Assembly: GCA_051453625.1 (NCBI GenBank) | Contig: JBOZIK010000001.1 | Location: 5,936,382 to 5,959,157, forward strand | Reading direction: 5' to 3' | Length of the DNA: 22,776 nucleotides | Source of the DNA: Welwitschia mirabilis | Lineage: Eukaryota | Part shown: positions 21,738 to 22,776 of the stretch, one piece after another | How the letters are laid out: every line of letters starts with the position of its first letter | How positions within the stretch are numbered: the first letter of the stretch is position 1 | Program-made: the position numbers and the translations under genes | Notes under the pieces: model-generated | What the model saw: the letters and a program-made list of their open reading frames with translations, nothing else | The model's database searches: none | What the model was told of the DNA's origin: nothing

Positions 21738-22776
21738 CTACTTAATTAGAAATACACAAAAAAATCATGTGAGATTAGATAGATATGTTAAATACATTGC
21801 ATGAATACACGATAACAACCCCCAAAATTGATAAAAATAAGAAAAATGATAAAAATAGATCTTGCCCCCTCTTTTAAAAGTATTAATATGTTCTATATTA
21901 CCTAGTCATAAGAAGAAAAATGTGAAACATGCAAAAATTGAAAAAGTAGTTTTTTAAGTGGGCCCCACATTTAGTAAAAATTTAAAGTGCTCAAATGAAA
22001 AATCTAATCTGGTATAATTGTAAAGCATTCCAAACTAATCAATTTTTTCTAAAAATTTTACATTGTAACCTTTAGTTTGTGAGAAATTAAGTGTAAAAGA
22101 GGGAAATTTAAAATTTTCTCATAAAACACATAACTAATTATAACTTTCCAAATATGTAGTAAAAATTAAATCCATAAGTTCCAAGTTAAAGAGTGTAAAA
22201 AATTGATAAACATACATGAAAACTACATGTCAAAAAGCTAAAAACGTGAGAAAAAATTGAAAAATAAGAGGAAAAGAAAAACATACCTTATTTTGACAAA
22301 TTCACTAAGAACTTTGAAATCTAGATATGAAATTGAGTGGAAGAAAATCCATGGTGCTGGCAAAGTTTAAAGGGTTGTCATCTCTTGAAGAAATTAGTGA
22401 AAATAATAAGAAAATTAAGAAAAATAAGGAAAGGGAATTTGATTTGTGATTTTATTGCATTATCATCCAGTAGTATCATCCAGATGATAGCCCTAAGATG
22501 ACTCTCAAAAAAAACTAGACTGTCATCCACCTGGTATTGTCTAGAGAACTAGGTGAATGATGGAACTATGAAAATTTTTATAAAAATAAAGATGTTAACC
22601 AAGAAATTTAGGCTCAGATATGATCATTAAAGTATTATATTTTATTAAAAATCTCATAAAATTAGGAAATGAAAAATAAAATCATGAAAATCAAGAAGAA
22701 ATGTAAAAAAAAAACCTAAAAACATGGCTAAACAAAATGAACTAACTAGGCTAAAATCTGATAATAAAAAATAAAT

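Larger units (their letters stand above)
18839..22776 (-). mobile_element. 3' part of a related Athila-type element (3' LTR, PPT, accessory ORF), continuing beyond the window
   Basis: LTR homologous to the main family, PPT, decayed env-like ORF and dyad motifs. It is inserted into the 5' end of the older gag. Confidence 0.82.

Overview
AT-rich, CpG-depleted eukaryotic DNA, almost certainly from a land plant, with four assembly gaps. I found no intact gene. The window is a nest of decayed Ty3/gypsy LTR retrotransposons, nearly all on the minus strand. The centrepiece is a near full-length Athila-type element (about 5719-15780) with a 3' LTR, PPT, INT-RH-RT-PR-gag (reading right to left as gag-PR-RT-RH-INT), a tRNA-Asp-type PBS and a truncated 5' LTR. 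It is inserted into an oppositely oriented LTR of its own family (4926-5718). It is flanked by older Athila pol and gag relics (about 3300-4131 and 16330-18838). A related element starts at 18839 and shows its 3' LTR, PPT and a decayed env-like accessory ORF. Three observations stand out. First, a roughly 42-bp dyad motif recurs about 16 times in LTRs, UTRs and inside pol. Second, an RG-rich accessory ORF could be its trans-acting partner, which is a hypothesis only. Third, decay is overwhelmingly by C>T/G>A transitions, including outside CpG. One deletion junction could explain all the missing right-hand halves of the nest. All alignments and translations were done by eye, so domain boundaries are approximate.
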